This document shows positions 1 through 9,664 of a stretch of DNA of 64,000 bases, one piece after another (positions within the stretch are counted from its first letter, which is position 1; the number at the start of each line of letters is the position of its first letter). The stretch comes from a virus. Location of the stretch: IMG/VR virus record IMGVR_UViG_3300012663_000526, positions 43,951 to 107,950 of that record, one strand, 5' to 3'. The notes beneath the pieces were generated by a model, which saw nothing but the letters and a program-made list of their open reading frames with translations, did not search any database and was not told the origin of the DNA. Position numbers and translations under genes: made by a program.

Positions 1-2133
1 TGGGATGGAGCAGCAACACGTTGTGGTCTTTATAACGATCAGAACGGATTCTTCTTTGAGTATGACGGAACGTATCTATATGCGGTAAGAAGATTTACAA
101 AGAAAGAATTATTTGGAAGACTATCAGTAACACAAAATTCAAACATTGTTACTGGAATTGGAACAAGATTTAGAAAGCAGTTGTTGGTAGGAGAGCAAAT
201 TGTTATTAAGGGTGCTAACTATATAGTAGCTGAAATTTCAAGTGATACAAGAATTGCAATTACTCCAGCATATAAGGGTGCAACAAATGCAACCTCAAGA
301 TATTTGATCACTCAAGAAATTCGTGTTCCTCAAACAGAGTGGAGCATGGATAGAATGGACGGAACTGGTCCTAGCGGTTACACACTTGATACAACTCAAA
401 TGCAGATGGCGTATATCGACTATACTTGGTATGGAGCAGGATTTATTAGATTTGGATTTAGAACTACTGAAGGTAACATTGCTTATTGCCATAAAATGCC
501 TAATAACAATACCAATACAGAAGCATATATGCGTTCAGGTAACCTTCCAGCTAGATACGAAGCAGTTAACTCACCATTCTTTAATACAAAGCTAAAGGCT
601 GGTGGAAATGGAATTGTAGGATCACCACTGGCATCATCAGAAATTCTTATGTATGTAGATAGCATTAAGTTCTGGCCAACAGAAGGCTGGTTGATCATTA
701 AGGATAGCTCAGCCGTAGAACTTTGCTCTTATACAATTACAAATCCAGTATACAATCAAACAGCTCAGGGATATGCAGTTAATATTAACCGCAGACAGCC
801 TATGACATCGTTCTTTGGCGGAACCCCTTGGGCCCTAAGCGGAACAAATAACTCAATTACATTTACTCCAGATTCAACTATTACAAATGGCTCTGGAACA
901 TCTCAAGTATCAATTCAGACAATTACAAATACATGTGCTCCAGTTATTTCACACTGGGGATCATCAGTAATTATGGACGGAAGATTTGATGATGATAAGA
1001 ACTTCATCTTCACAGCTGGTATGCAGCGATTTATGAATATTGCAGGTTCTGGTACAGTTACAGCAAAGGTAACATCTAAGGCGGCATCAGCAGGAACAGC
1101 TACTCTTACAACAGCAGCAAACCATGGACTTCAAGCTGGATATCCAGTATCGGTTTCAGATGTTAATACAAGAGCTGTTATCACATCTATAGTAAGAACT
1201 TCTGCAACAGAATTAACATTTACTACTTCTGGTGCACACAACTTTATTACAGGCTACAACGTAAATATCACCAATACAACTCTATCTAATAGAGGGTCTA
1301 CTGGATTAGTTGTAACAAATGCAATTTTAACAGTTGCAAATGGAACTAGAACAATTGCTACAGTCCCAACAACAAATACATTTACAATTACTTTAGCTGG
1401 TGCATATGGATATACAGCGCAGCCACAAACTTCATCAGCACTTGCGATTGAAAATACAACATTTAACGGAACTTATACAGTATCTGCAGTTACAGCAAAT
1501 ACTATTCAGTATACAATACCAAACTCAACATCAATTCCAGCTTCGATTGTTACTCCAAACGGAAGCATTCAGCAGTCATTCGGTTCTGCAGCAGTTCCAA
1601 GACCACTGATCTCAATCAGAATTGCACCTTCAGCAGATAACGGAATTGGTAGAAACTATGGTATCCGTGAAGTTATCAATACAATGCAGCTGCAGCTTTC
1701 AGAACTAGGAATCTTGGCTCAAGGAACATTCCTTATTCAGGGTCTGTATAACGTAGCTAAGTTCCCAACTGGAGTAAACATTCCATCAGATTGGGAAATT
1801 AAGAGAGTTCCAGGTGGATCACTTGCACAGGTAATTTACCATGATGGAACTGGTGAAATTGGTTCAACCGTAACAACACCTATTACTACAGTGCAAGGCG
1901 GAGATCAGGCGTTTGCTTTCTACGTATCTGGTACTGCTACAGACTACAATACAACAACATTCAACCTTTCAAAGGTTAGAGATCTTGGAACATCTATTCT
2001 ATCTGGAAATGGTAACGCTACCGCTCCAGGATTCCCAAATGGTCCAGACATTCTAACAATCGTTGCAACTAACTTAGGTTTAACATCTTCAGATATTTCA
2101 GCTCGTCTTTCATGGACTGAAGCTCAGGCTTAA
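1..2133 (+). CDS. Large virion structural/fibre-associated protein, 5'-truncated
   Basis: Frame 1 is open from base 1 (WDGAATRCGLYNDQNGFFFEYDG...), so the ORF-track start at 181 is internal. Thr/Ser/Gly-rich beta protein with a YTWYGAGFIRFG lectin-like segment and T(T/A)xxxH(G/N)(L/F)xxG repeats typical of phage structural proteins. Confidence 0.6.
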   Translation, partial: WDGAATRCGLYNDQNGFFFEYDGTYLYAVRRFTKKELFGRLSVTQNSNIVTGIGTRFRKQLLVGEQIVIKGANYIVAEISSDTRIAITPAYKGATNATSRYLITQEIRVPQTEWSMDRMDGTGPSGYTLDTTQMQMAYIDYTWYGAGFIRFGFRTTEGNIAYCHKMPNNNTNTEAYMRSGNLPARYEAVNSPFFNTKLKAGGNGIVGSPLASSEILMYVDSIKFWPTEGWLIIKDSSAVELCSYTITNPVYNQTAQGYAVNINRRQPMTSFFGGTPWALSGTNNSITFTPDSTITNGSGTSQVSIQTITNTCAPVISHWGSSVIMDGRFDDDKNFIFTAGMQRFMNIAGSGTVTAKVTSKAASAGTATLTTAANHGLQAGYPVSVSDVNTRAVITSIVRTSATELTFTTSGAHNFITGYNVNITNTTLSNRGSTGLVVTNAILTVANGTRTIATVPTTNTFTITLAGAYGYTAQPQTSSALAIENTTFNGTYTVSAVTANTIQYTIPNSTSIPASIVTPNGSIQQSFGSAAVPRPLISIRIAPSADNGIGRNYGIREVINTMQLQLSELGILAQGTFLIQGLYNVAKFPTGVNIPSDWEIKRVPGGSLAQVIYHDGTGEIGSTVTTPITTVQGGDQAFAFYVSGTATDYNTTTFNLSKVRDLGTSILSGNGNATAPGFPNGPDILTIVATNLGLTSSDISARLSWTEAQA

Positions 2134-2145
2134 AAGGGAGAAAAA

Positions 2146-2814
2146 GTGCCAGACTATAGCACACTCAATGATGAAATCGCAGTCTTAAAATCTAAGATTG
2201 ATGGATTAACATCTCAGACTCTTACAGCAGAAAGCATCATGTATGTTGCTGAGTCTCTAACAATTCTCGGAGAGCTTCTAGGGGTAAAAGACATTGTTGG
2301 AGCAACAGCTTCTGCTATTTCTGATGTTAATGATGCAGCAGCAGCTGCAATAGTAGTTATAAACGGAACCGCAAATGGTGCAGCTGTATCAAGTTTACAA
2401 ACTCAATATACAAATCTTCAGGCATCTTACAACAACCTTGAGCCTAGAACTAATTCTCTAGAAAGTCAAATTAATTCACAGTCTTCAGCTATTGCAACAG
2501 CATCAGCTCAAGCAGCCGCAGCATCATTTAGTCCGTGGCAAATAATTACTGGAACAACGTACCAAGCTTTTGCAAAAGATAGACTGATGGTTGTACCAGT
2601 TGCTACACAAGTAATTACATTACCACCTGGCCCAGCCAGAGGTGATGTGGTTGAAATTATTGATATTGCTGGAACGGCAGCAACAACAAACTTTACAGTA
2701 AATAGATCTGGAGAAAGAATAAATGGTCTATTAGAAAACCTTTTGTTTAACGTAAACGGAAGAGCAATTAAACTACTATACACAAATACAACATACGGCT
2801 GGAGGGTAATCTAA
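2146..2814 (+). CDS. Fibre adaptor: N-terminal coiled coil plus C-terminal T4 gp9/gp10-like domain
   Basis: GTG start after GGGAG. C-terminal TLPPGPARGDVVEIIDIAGTAATTNFTVNRSG...LLYTNTTYGWRV resembles gp9/gp10-type domains. N-terminus is paralogous to 4162..4494. Confidence 0.6.
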   Translation: MPDYSTLNDEIAVLKSKIDGLTSQTLTAESIMYVAESLTILGELLGVKDIVGATASAISDVNDAAAAAIVVINGTANGAAVSSLQTQYTNLQASYNNLEPRTNSLESQINSQSSAIATASAQAAAASFSPWQIITGTTYQAFAKDRLMVVPVATQVITLPPGPARGDVVEIIDIAGTAATTNFTVNRSGERINGLLENLLFNVNGRAIKLLYTNTTYGWRVI

Positions 2815-3740
2815 TGCCAGATTTAAATTCGGTTCTAACTTTAGGCTCAGGACTTAAAGCAGCAGACTTAGCAACAATTGGTGTTACTGGTTCTGCACTA
2901 GGAATTACTCCAGCATCATTGGGTGTTGTTGATGCAGAATCTAGATTGTTTAGAGAAGTAACGGATGGAACTAGAAGGCCATTCTCTATTCCCACGATTA
3001 AAAGCCTGCATATGAGAAATAGTGGCTGGTCATATAACTTTTCATCAGGAGACGCTTGGACTAACTATCATAACTACCTTACTGGAGCAGGATCAAATGC
3101 TGACTCAGAAAGAGCTTTTTGGTTCGGCCTTGGAACAAATACAAGACAAAATACATTAAACTACTCTGAAACTGGAGATAATCGAGTAATTGAGTATGCT
3201 ACAAATTCAGTTGTTGGAGGTTTTGAATTAACTTCAGGCCTTGATAACAGATCTAACTATTGCCCAATGATTTTTAGAACTATGTTTATTAGAAATTTTC
3301 ATCCAACATTGTCAAAGACAATTACCATGTGGGGTCATTATTCAAACTACTGGTCAGCAGGATATGAGGGGTCAGGGGTAGCAATAGGAACTCCAAATGT
3401 TAGTGGCTCATATGCGGCAGTAACAGATATTAACTGGTCAGTTCCAGTAAATAGAAGCAGTGGTAACTCTAACTATACATGGTCCTGGAACGTAGCAATA
3501 CCAGCAAAAACAACAGTTGTTGTAGTACAGGCAAATACAGGATACTACTGGAGATCTAATCAGTATCTACAAAATAATAAATTTTATGATTTGCATAATA
3601 CATTTACTGATTTTTGGGTTCAACCAGATCACAAGATGACTCAATCAGCAGCTTTATATAATGATGTTAATAATGAATTTAACGTAAGAAACTCATATAG
3701 AGTGTGGCAATATGCCGCATCACAGTTTGGAGATAGATAA
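2814..3740 (+). CDS. Putative receptor-binding/fibre protein
   Basis: 308 aa, rich in Trp/Tyr/Asn. Translationally coupled (TAATG) between the adaptor and a fibre chaperone. Confidence 0.45.
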   Translation: MPDLNSVLTLGSGLKAADLATIGVTGSALGITPASLGVVDAESRLFREVTDGTRRPFSIPTIKSLHMRNSGWSYNFSSGDAWTNYHNYLTGAGSNADSERAFWFGLGTNTRQNTLNYSETGDNRVIEYATNSVVGGFELTSGLDNRSNYCPMIFRTMFIRNFHPTLSKTITMWGHYSNYWSAGYEGSGVAIGTPNVSGSYAAVTDINWSVPVNRSSGNSNYTWSWNVAIPAKTTVVVVQANTGYYWRSNQYLQNNKFYDLHNTFTDFWVQPDHKMTQSAALYNDVNNEFNVRNSYRVWQYAASQFGDR

Positions 3741-4117
3741 TGTATTATGTTAAATTTGGACCAGATGGATTCCATGAAGAATCAAAATGGGCAGAGGAAT
3801 TTCCTGGAGAAGGATGGTATGCTGCTGGAACCGATATTACTGGAAAGTATTTTAAACTTTCAAGAGAAGTAGCAGTTGCATTAACAAAAAAGCAGTTTGA
3901 AGACCACATGTCGTACCTTGGAAATAAAGCTACTTTTGATGTAGCAAGAAGAAGAAGAAACGAAGCTTTATCTGAATCAGATTGGACTCAGTTACCAAAC
4001 AGCCCTTTATCTGATGAAAAAAAGGCACAATGGGAAGCCTACAGAGAAGCATTAAGAAACTATCCAGCATTACTGGAAAGTGACATTAATGCAGAATTCC
4101 CTGCAGAACCGCAATAA
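3740..4117 (+). CDS. Tail fibre assembly chaperone (Phage_tail_APC/Tfa-like)
   Basis: RRRRNEALSESDWTQLPNSPLS..KKAQWEAYREALRNYP...FPAEP is the characteristic motif of this family. Confidence 0.8.
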   Translation: MYYVKFGPDGFHEESKWAEEFPGEGWYAAGTDITGKYFKLSREVAVALTKKQFEDHMSYLGNKATFDVARRRRNEALSESDWTQLPNSPLSDEKKAQWEAYREALRNYPALLESDINAEFPAEPQ

Positions 4118-4126
4118 TAGCGGCTA

Positions 4127-4135
4127 TGCTATAAT
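4127..4135 (+). promoter_or_regulatory. Extended -10 promoter TGcTATAAT
   Basis: Intergenic TGCTATAAT, followed by the SD GAGGTG and the ATG at 4162. Confidence 0.6.
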
Positions 4136-4161
4136 TAATACAAAGAGGTGGTAGTAAAAAA

Positions 4162-4494
4162 ATGACTGACTATTCAACACTTGGCACCCAAGTAACACTG
4201 GCCAAAAATAAGATTGATGCTTTAACAAGCTCAACTCTTGATGCCCAGGACCTAGTATTTTTAGCTAAGGCTTTAGAGACACTAGGAAACTTGCTCGGAG
4301 TCAATGATATTCTTGGAGTAACAAATAGCTCTATTACAAGCGTTCAAACCGCTGCCGCAGGTCAAGTCAATCTTGTTACTGCCGCTGGAGCAACACAGAT
4401 TGCAGCAGTAAACACATCTGGTACAACTCAGATCGCACTCGTCGCAGCAGCAATTAGCAACTATACTTTATACGCAAACATGGGAGTAATATAA
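4162..4494 (+). CDS. Short fibre adaptor, paralogue of the 2146..2814 N-terminus
   Basis: MTDYSTL..KNKIDALTSSTL..LAKALETLGNLLGVNDI aligns with MPDYSTL..KSKIDGLTSQTL..VAESLTILGELLGVKDI. Confidence 0.6.
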   Translation: MTDYSTLGTQVTLAKNKIDALTSSTLDAQDLVFLAKALETLGNLLGVNDILGVTNSSITSVQTAAAGQVNLVTAAGATQIAAVNTSGTTQIALVAAAISNYTLYANMGVI

Positions 4495-4495
4495 A

Positions 4496-4813
4496 ATGGC
4501 TACAATTAGCTTACCAGCAAGACTATACAGCGGCGTAGTACCAAACACATCAACACAAATTTGGACATGCCCAGCAGGTGAAACAGATGTTATTACATCA
4601 GTTACAGTTGCTAACTTAACAAACGTTGCAAATCAGTGCACACTGAGCTTTGCAGGAACAGAATTCTTCAAGAACCTAGACTTGGCTCCACGTCAAATCA
4701 CAGTCCTTGATTTCAAGCAGGTTTTAAACGCAGGAGATGCAATTTCAGTATCAGCATCAGTACCAAGCGCAGTTAGCTTGTTCATCTCTGGCGTAAAAGT
4801 AACAAATATCTAA
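4496..4813 (+). CDS. Small beta-sandwich virion protein, paralogue of 9665..10000
   Basis: 105 aa; shares a VLN(A/S)GDxI...ISGV C-terminal pattern with 9665..10000. Confidence 0.55.
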   Translation: MATISLPARLYSGVVPNTSTQIWTCPAGETDVITSVTVANLTNVANQCTLSFAGTEFFKNLDLAPRQITVLDFKQVLNAGDAISVSASVPSAVSLFISGVKVTNI

Positions 4814-4838
4814 TAACAGAAATTTAGGAGAAATTTAA

Positions 4839-6341
4839 ATGGCAGTAGCAAATAGCACGATACAGCTAATCATTCCAGGTATTGATAAGCTTATTGCAGA
4901 TAGCTTTACAACAACTCTAGCCTCTAATGCTACTGTTACTGCTATTCAAACAAATATTGCTAACGCTGGAAGTATTAGTCAGATCCAGGCTGCATTAGCT
5001 GCATTAACTGCAGATATTGGCGCTCTGCCAAATAAAGAGCCTCTCCCATACTTTGCAACATGGTCTAACAGAGATAACGATCCAAGAGCAACTATTTACA
5101 ATAGCGATATGCGTGAGGTTTATAATGGTAAGCCAGATACAAATGCTGAAATGTGGTCAGCATGGACTGGAAACAACTATACAAACGGAAACATTGGTTC
5201 TAACGGTTGGACATCTAACTGGATGGGATCAACATCATTCTATCAAGCAGATACTCACTGGTACTTTAAGGTAAGTGAAGGATATAACAACCCAGGATTT
5301 GCTATGAATCCAGATGGACAAGATTCGTGGATGCCTTATTGGGGCGTAATTATTGGTAACACTGGTAAGAGACAAAAGATTTCATTGTGGTCAAACGGGT
5401 CAGATTTAAGAGTTATGCCAAGAGGAGTTCAAGGTGGAGATCTTGAGAGAATTAACTTAAACTCTGCTACCTACGCTACTTGGTTTGGCGGAACCGAGTA
5501 CGGAATGAACTCTTATAACGAAAGAACGGGAACTCTTATAGTAATTGAAGCAAAAGACGGATCTAATAACTATCGTTTACACAGATGGATTAACACTGGA
5601 ACAAACAGATCAATTAATCAATCAAACTTTAAAGCTGGAATGCTACATAGATTCGTTTCAGAAGCAAAGGCTGGAACAACTGTTGGTGGAATAGCTTCTT
5701 ATAACTTCTACGACTTCCAGTGGCAAGCATCTGCTTCTCAAAACTATAATGAGTCAAGATATCGTATGCGTATTGTAGCTGGAGATAATGGAATTATTGG
5801 TATGCAGAGATTTGTGCCCTCTAACATTACACACTATGCTACGTTTACCCCAGCATCTTCTACACTAAATACATCATTTAATACAATATCAAATACGACT
5901 TCATATGGAATTGAGCAAGGCGGTAAGTACGGAGCTAGACATAATATTACCTGGGATAACTACTGGGTAGCAGCATATAACGTATACTACTACTATGGAT
6001 CTGGAATGAACGTATTCTTTATCGATACCAGAGACCCTAGAAACTACTTTATTGGTCAATATGCCTCAACAGACAATGGATGTGCTTTAGTTCCGTTTGA
6101 TAGAAATAAGTTTATGTGGTCATATCACGTATCTAACTCTGACGGAGATTCTGGTCAAAGACTAGCAATTGTAGATCTTGAAGGTCCACTAAAGTATGGT
6201 AGAACATTATCTGGTACAATTGCTAATGGAGCAAATATTGGTGTTGACAAGAACGTTATGAACGGTATTTTTGACACAAAGTATACAAGCACAAACTATA
6301 CATTACTATTGCCAGTACAACGCTGGCCAAGAAATATTTAA
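4839..6341 (+). CDS. Putative receptor-binding protein A, paralogue of 7108..8631
   Basis: 500 aa; SD AGGAG. N-terminal helical anchor, then an aromatic-rich beta domain. Long shared blocks with 7108..8631 (ESRYRMRI, RFVPSNITHYATF, NITWDNYW, DTRDPRNY). Confidence 0.55.
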   Translation: MAVANSTIQLIIPGIDKLIADSFTTTLASNATVTAIQTNIANAGSISQIQAALAALTADIGALPNKEPLPYFATWSNRDNDPRATIYNSDMREVYNGKPDTNAEMWSAWTGNNYTNGNIGSNGWTSNWMGSTSFYQADTHWYFKVSEGYNNPGFAMNPDGQDSWMPYWGVIIGNTGKRQKISLWSNGSDLRVMPRGVQGGDLERINLNSATYATWFGGTEYGMNSYNERTGTLIVIEAKDGSNNYRLHRWINTGTNRSINQSNFKAGMLHRFVSEAKAGTTVGGIASYNFYDFQWQASASQNYNESRYRMRIVAGDNGIIGMQRFVPSNITHYATFTPASSTLNTSFNTISNTTSYGIEQGGKYGARHNITWDNYWVAAYNVYYYYGSGMNVFFIDTRDPRNYFIGQYASTDNGCALVPFDRNKFMWSYHVSNSDGDSGQRLAIVDLEGPLKYGRTLSGTIANGANIGVDKNVMNGIFDTKYTSTNYTLLLPVQRWPRNI

Positions 6342-6359
6342 GGAAAGAAGGAGATTAAT

Positions 6360-6656
6360 ATGAAGATAAGCTTTATGCTAGGTGAAGGTTTTGTAGGTCA
6401 ATTCCTTGAGAATGGTGAGTATGACTTACCTATTGAGTCTGATCTCCCACACCGCTTTGAGTTAAGAGATGGCGTAGTTGTAGATAAGTACGATGGCGTA
6501 TCTGATGACGAAGTAAAAAGAATTGATCATGAAAGAGCAATCGCTGAGCGTGAGGCAGTAATTGCTGCAGTAGAGGCTGGAGATGAAATAGAGTCAAATA
6601 TTCCACCAGAGATTCCACCACTAAACGCTGTTGCACCAGCAGAGGATAACGAGTAA
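6360..6656 (+). CDS. Hypothetical acidic protein, possible fibre chaperone
   Basis: SD AAGGAG; lies directly after RBP A. Confidence 0.5.
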   Translation: MKISFMLGEGFVGQFLENGEYDLPIESDLPHRFELRDGVVVDKYDGVSDDEVKRIDHERAIAEREAVIAAVEAGDEIESNIPPEIPPLNAVAPAEDNE

Positions 6657-6657
6657 T

Positions 6658-7095
6658 ATGCCAATAACACAAACACCGTCATCTATAGTTCCAGCTTTAT
6701 GGACATACACATATGTTCAGGCACCTATTGATGGTCAAGGAAACCCATATTTTAATATTCCTTCACAGTTTACAGACCTTGGAACAAAGACATCTGGAAC
6801 ACTGACACTTGACCTAAAGACATCAAACGTGTTTAGAGTTGTTGCAGGCGGAGCATTTACAGTAGCATTTTCAAACATTGCTACAACGGCCAACACAGCA
6901 CAATTTTGGCAACTAGAAATTAAGTCTGGTGGTAGCTACGTTCAGACATGGCCAGCATCAGTAATCTGGGACGGTGGTGGAGCTTCAAACATTTCACCAG
7001 TTCTTTCTCTTGATACAACAGTATTAAATTTTTACACAAGAAATAACGGTACAACCGTTTACGGATCATACGCATATTCTGATTTGAAGATATAA
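6658..7095 (+). CDS. Fibre-associated small beta protein
   Basis: Probable start is ATG 6658 (MPITQTP). TLTLDL..SNVF....TWPASVIWDGG..P.LS..TVLNFYT pattern seen in phage tail-fibre C-terminal domains. Confidence 0.55.
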   Translation: MPITQTPSSIVPALWTYTYVQAPIDGQGNPYFNIPSQFTDLGTKTSGTLTLDLKTSNVFRVVAGGAFTVAFSNIATTANTAQFWQLEIKSGGSYVQTWPASVIWDGGGASNISPVLSLDTTVLNFYTRNNGTTVYGSYAYSDLKI

Positions 7096-7107
7096 GAGGA
7101 GCAATAA

Positions 7108-8631
7108 ATGGCAATTTCAACTAGCAGTACATCAATAGACCTTCCTGGAATTGGAGCAACTATGGTGTCTAATTTAGACGCCGCTCTAAATGCTAGCCCA
7201 GTAATGCTAAATATTCTTTTAAACTCAAATATCTCTTCAGGTCTTAATACACTTACAACAACAGTAAATACCCTTAGAACTGCAGTAACAGATCTTCCAA
7301 ATAAGTATCCACTACCAACTTTTGCAACATACGCAAACTATAACAATACTCCAGGATGGACTATCTATGATAGCGAAATGCAACCAATTGGTGGAGCAAA
7401 CGGATCAACAGACTTTGAAATTCAAGCTTCATATACTGGACAGAACTACACTACAAATAACTGGTCTTCAAACGGAGTAACAAATAGCTGGTCTGGAGCA
7501 ACTCCAATGCACCAACAAGACGGCGACTGGTACTGTAACATTCCAGGAAGAGGTTTTGGCCCAGAAGGAATTTTTGCACGTAACCGTGGAACCATGAACT
7601 CCCACATGCCATACTTTGGATCAGTAATTGGAGATCGTGGTCTTCGTCAACAAATCTCAATTAGAAATGACGGCGCTGGCTTACAAATTATGCCAAGAGG
7701 CGCATCAAACTATCTTGAAAACTTAAACTTAAACACAGCAACATATGCGACATGGGCTGGAGGAACAACATACGGAATGGTTTCTTATAACCAGAGACAA
7801 CGCAAACTCGTACTTATTGAAGCTAGAGATGCTGCAAACAACTACAGAATGCATATCTGGAGAAATACTAACGTTGGAAGAGACTTAAACTCTGAGACAC
7901 ACGATGTAGGAACTCTACATCTATTCTTATCAGAAGCAAAAACAGCTGGAACTCCAGCCGCTACAACAACTGGAGTTTACTACTACTATAACGATTTTCA
8001 ATGGCAGGAAAATAGCTCACAGAGCTACACAGAGTCACGCTACAGAATGCGTATAACTGCTGGTGATAATGAATTTATTGGTTTATCAAGATTCGTTCCA
8101 TCAAACATAACCCACTATGCAACATTCCTTCCTAATATTGCAGGAACATCTGGAACATTAACAACCAGAGGCGGTATTGGAAATACAACGTCTTATGGTT
8201 GGGATCAAGGAGTAGAGTACGGAATTAGAAGCAATATAACCTGGGATAATTACTGGTTGGCTTCATACTCACCTTATTACTACTATGGCGCAGGAATGTG
8301 TGTAGTATTTAGTGACACCAGAGACCCACGCAACTACTACTTTGGAAGATACACTCAAACAGGAAATGGCTGCCAACTAGTTCCATTTAACGAAGATAAG
8401 TTCTTATTTAATGACTCAACAGAAAACTCTGACGGTAACGTTGGAATGAGACTATCAGTCGTAGACTTGGGCGGAATCTTTGAGTTTGGTAGAGATGCAA
8501 CCACATCTGGAATTACAAATGGTGCAACTATTAACTTAAGACCAACAACCATGCTGTATACATTTGATACCAGATATACATCAACTAACTATCCAGGACT
8601 TATGCAGCCAACATCTTGGACGAATGGATAA
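7108..8631 (+). CDS. Putative receptor-binding protein B, paralogue of 4839..6341
   Basis: 507 aa; SD GAGGAG; collinear similarity to 4839..6341 over its whole length. Confidence 0.55.
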   Translation: MAISTSSTSIDLPGIGATMVSNLDAALNASPVMLNILLNSNISSGLNTLTTTVNTLRTAVTDLPNKYPLPTFATYANYNNTPGWTIYDSEMQPIGGANGSTDFEIQASYTGQNYTTNNWSSNGVTNSWSGATPMHQQDGDWYCNIPGRGFGPEGIFARNRGTMNSHMPYFGSVIGDRGLRQQISIRNDGAGLQIMPRGASNYLENLNLNTATYATWAGGTTYGMVSYNQRQRKLVLIEARDAANNYRMHIWRNTNVGRDLNSETHDVGTLHLFLSEAKTAGTPAATTTGVYYYYNDFQWQENSSQSYTESRYRMRITAGDNEFIGLSRFVPSNITHYATFLPNIAGTSGTLTTRGGIGNTTSYGWDQGVEYGIRSNITWDNYWLASYSPYYYYGAGMCVVFSDTRDPRNYYFGRYTQTGNGCQLVPFNEDKFLFNDSTENSDGNVGMRLSVVDLGGIFEFGRDATTSGITNGATINLRPTTMLYTFDTRYTSTNYPGLMQPTSWTNG

Positions 8632-8634
8632 TAA

Positions 8635-8931
8635 ATGTATTATGCAATTATTAAAGCCAATAAGATAGAGAAGTTTGGTACTCTAAAAGACTTATTCCCA
8701 ACTTCTGGATTTCCACCAACTGGACCAGACGAAGCCTTTATGACAGATAATGATATGCACAAGGTGCTTGAAGTTATTGATCATAAATCTACCACTCACA
8801 AGCTAGTTTACTGTGACCCATATATACTAGAAGATAAAGTTTACTGCGTAGTTGCAGAAAAGTTTACTAAGGCGGAGGCCTCAGAAAATAAAGATGCACT
8901 AGCTGCATTTGAAGCATTACAGGGGGAGTAA
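8635..8931 (+). CDS. Hypothetical protein, possible fibre chaperone
   Basis: 98 aa after RBP B, mirroring 6360..6656 after RBP A; contains an LFPTSGFP motif. Confidence 0.45.
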   Translation: MYYAIIKANKIEKFGTLKDLFPTSGFPPTGPDEAFMTDNDMHKVLEVIDHKSTTHKLVYCDPYILEDKVYCVVAEKFTKAEASENKDALAAFEALQGE

Positions 8932-8934
8932 TAT

Positions 8935-9654
8935 ATGCTAAGCAATCAAAGATCTATTTATAAGAGAGCTAGATATAGTCAATTTGGACTTAGTATGTGG
9001 ATTGATGCAACTGCTATTGATAATATTCAAAGAGATGCAAACCAAAAAGTTTCAGTATTTGAAGATAGAAGCCAATATATAAGACACCTAAGTCAGCCAA
9101 CTTTGGCAAATAGACCAACATTTATTCCATCTGGAATCAACTCTCTTCCATGCGTTAGATTTAATGGAATAGATCAATTTATGCTTTTTTCTGATCAAAC
9201 ACTATCATGGCTTACCGCTTCATCATTTACAGTTTTTTACGTAGCAACAAAAACATCACAAACCTCTAACTCATTTGTCCTTGGAGGACAATCTGCTGGT
9301 ACAAGAGCAAACTTAGCTTCTGGATATTTGGCAGCAAATACACACAGAATAGTTTTCGGAAATGATGATGCAAGCACAATTGTTCCACTAAAGACACCAG
9401 GACAGCCAGAGCTTTACACGATATCTTTTAATGCCCAGACATTGGCAAGAGTTGTTAGAAGAAATGGAAGCGTAGTTGGAATTGGATCATCAGCAGGCTC
9501 ACTAGCTGGAATGACAGGACAATCAGTAGGAAGATACCTAACGTCATACGGACAGTTTGATCTTGGAGAATTAATTATTTACAATAGAACACTTAGTGAT
9601 TATGAGACAGGCCAAGTAGAGCGTGACTTAATCTCAAAGTGGACAATTAGCTAG
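8935..9654 (+). CDS. Concanavalin A/LamG-like lectin domain protein
   Basis: LSMWIDAT...V..FEDRS...LSQPT.ANRPT...INSLPCVRFNG...GELIIYNRTLSD.E..QVE..L..KW pattern. Confidence 0.7.
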   Translation: MLSNQRSIYKRARYSQFGLSMWIDATAIDNIQRDANQKVSVFEDRSQYIRHLSQPTLANRPTFIPSGINSLPCVRFNGIDQFMLFSDQTLSWLTASSFTVFYVATKTSQTSNSFVLGGQSAGTRANLASGYLAANTHRIVFGNDDASTIVPLKTPGQPELYTISFNAQTLARVVRRNGSVVGIGSSAGSLAGMTGQSVGRYLTSYGQFDLGELIIYNRTLSDYETGQVERDLISKWTIS

Positions 9655-9664
9655 GAAAGTAAAG

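Noticed and set aside
4839-8631. Diversity-generating retroelement or invertible shufflon behind the paralogous RBPs
   Set aside because: There is no reverse transcriptase or invertase in the window, no near-identical TR/VR pair with adenine-specific mismatches, and no inverted cassette. Divergence is spread over synonymous sites.
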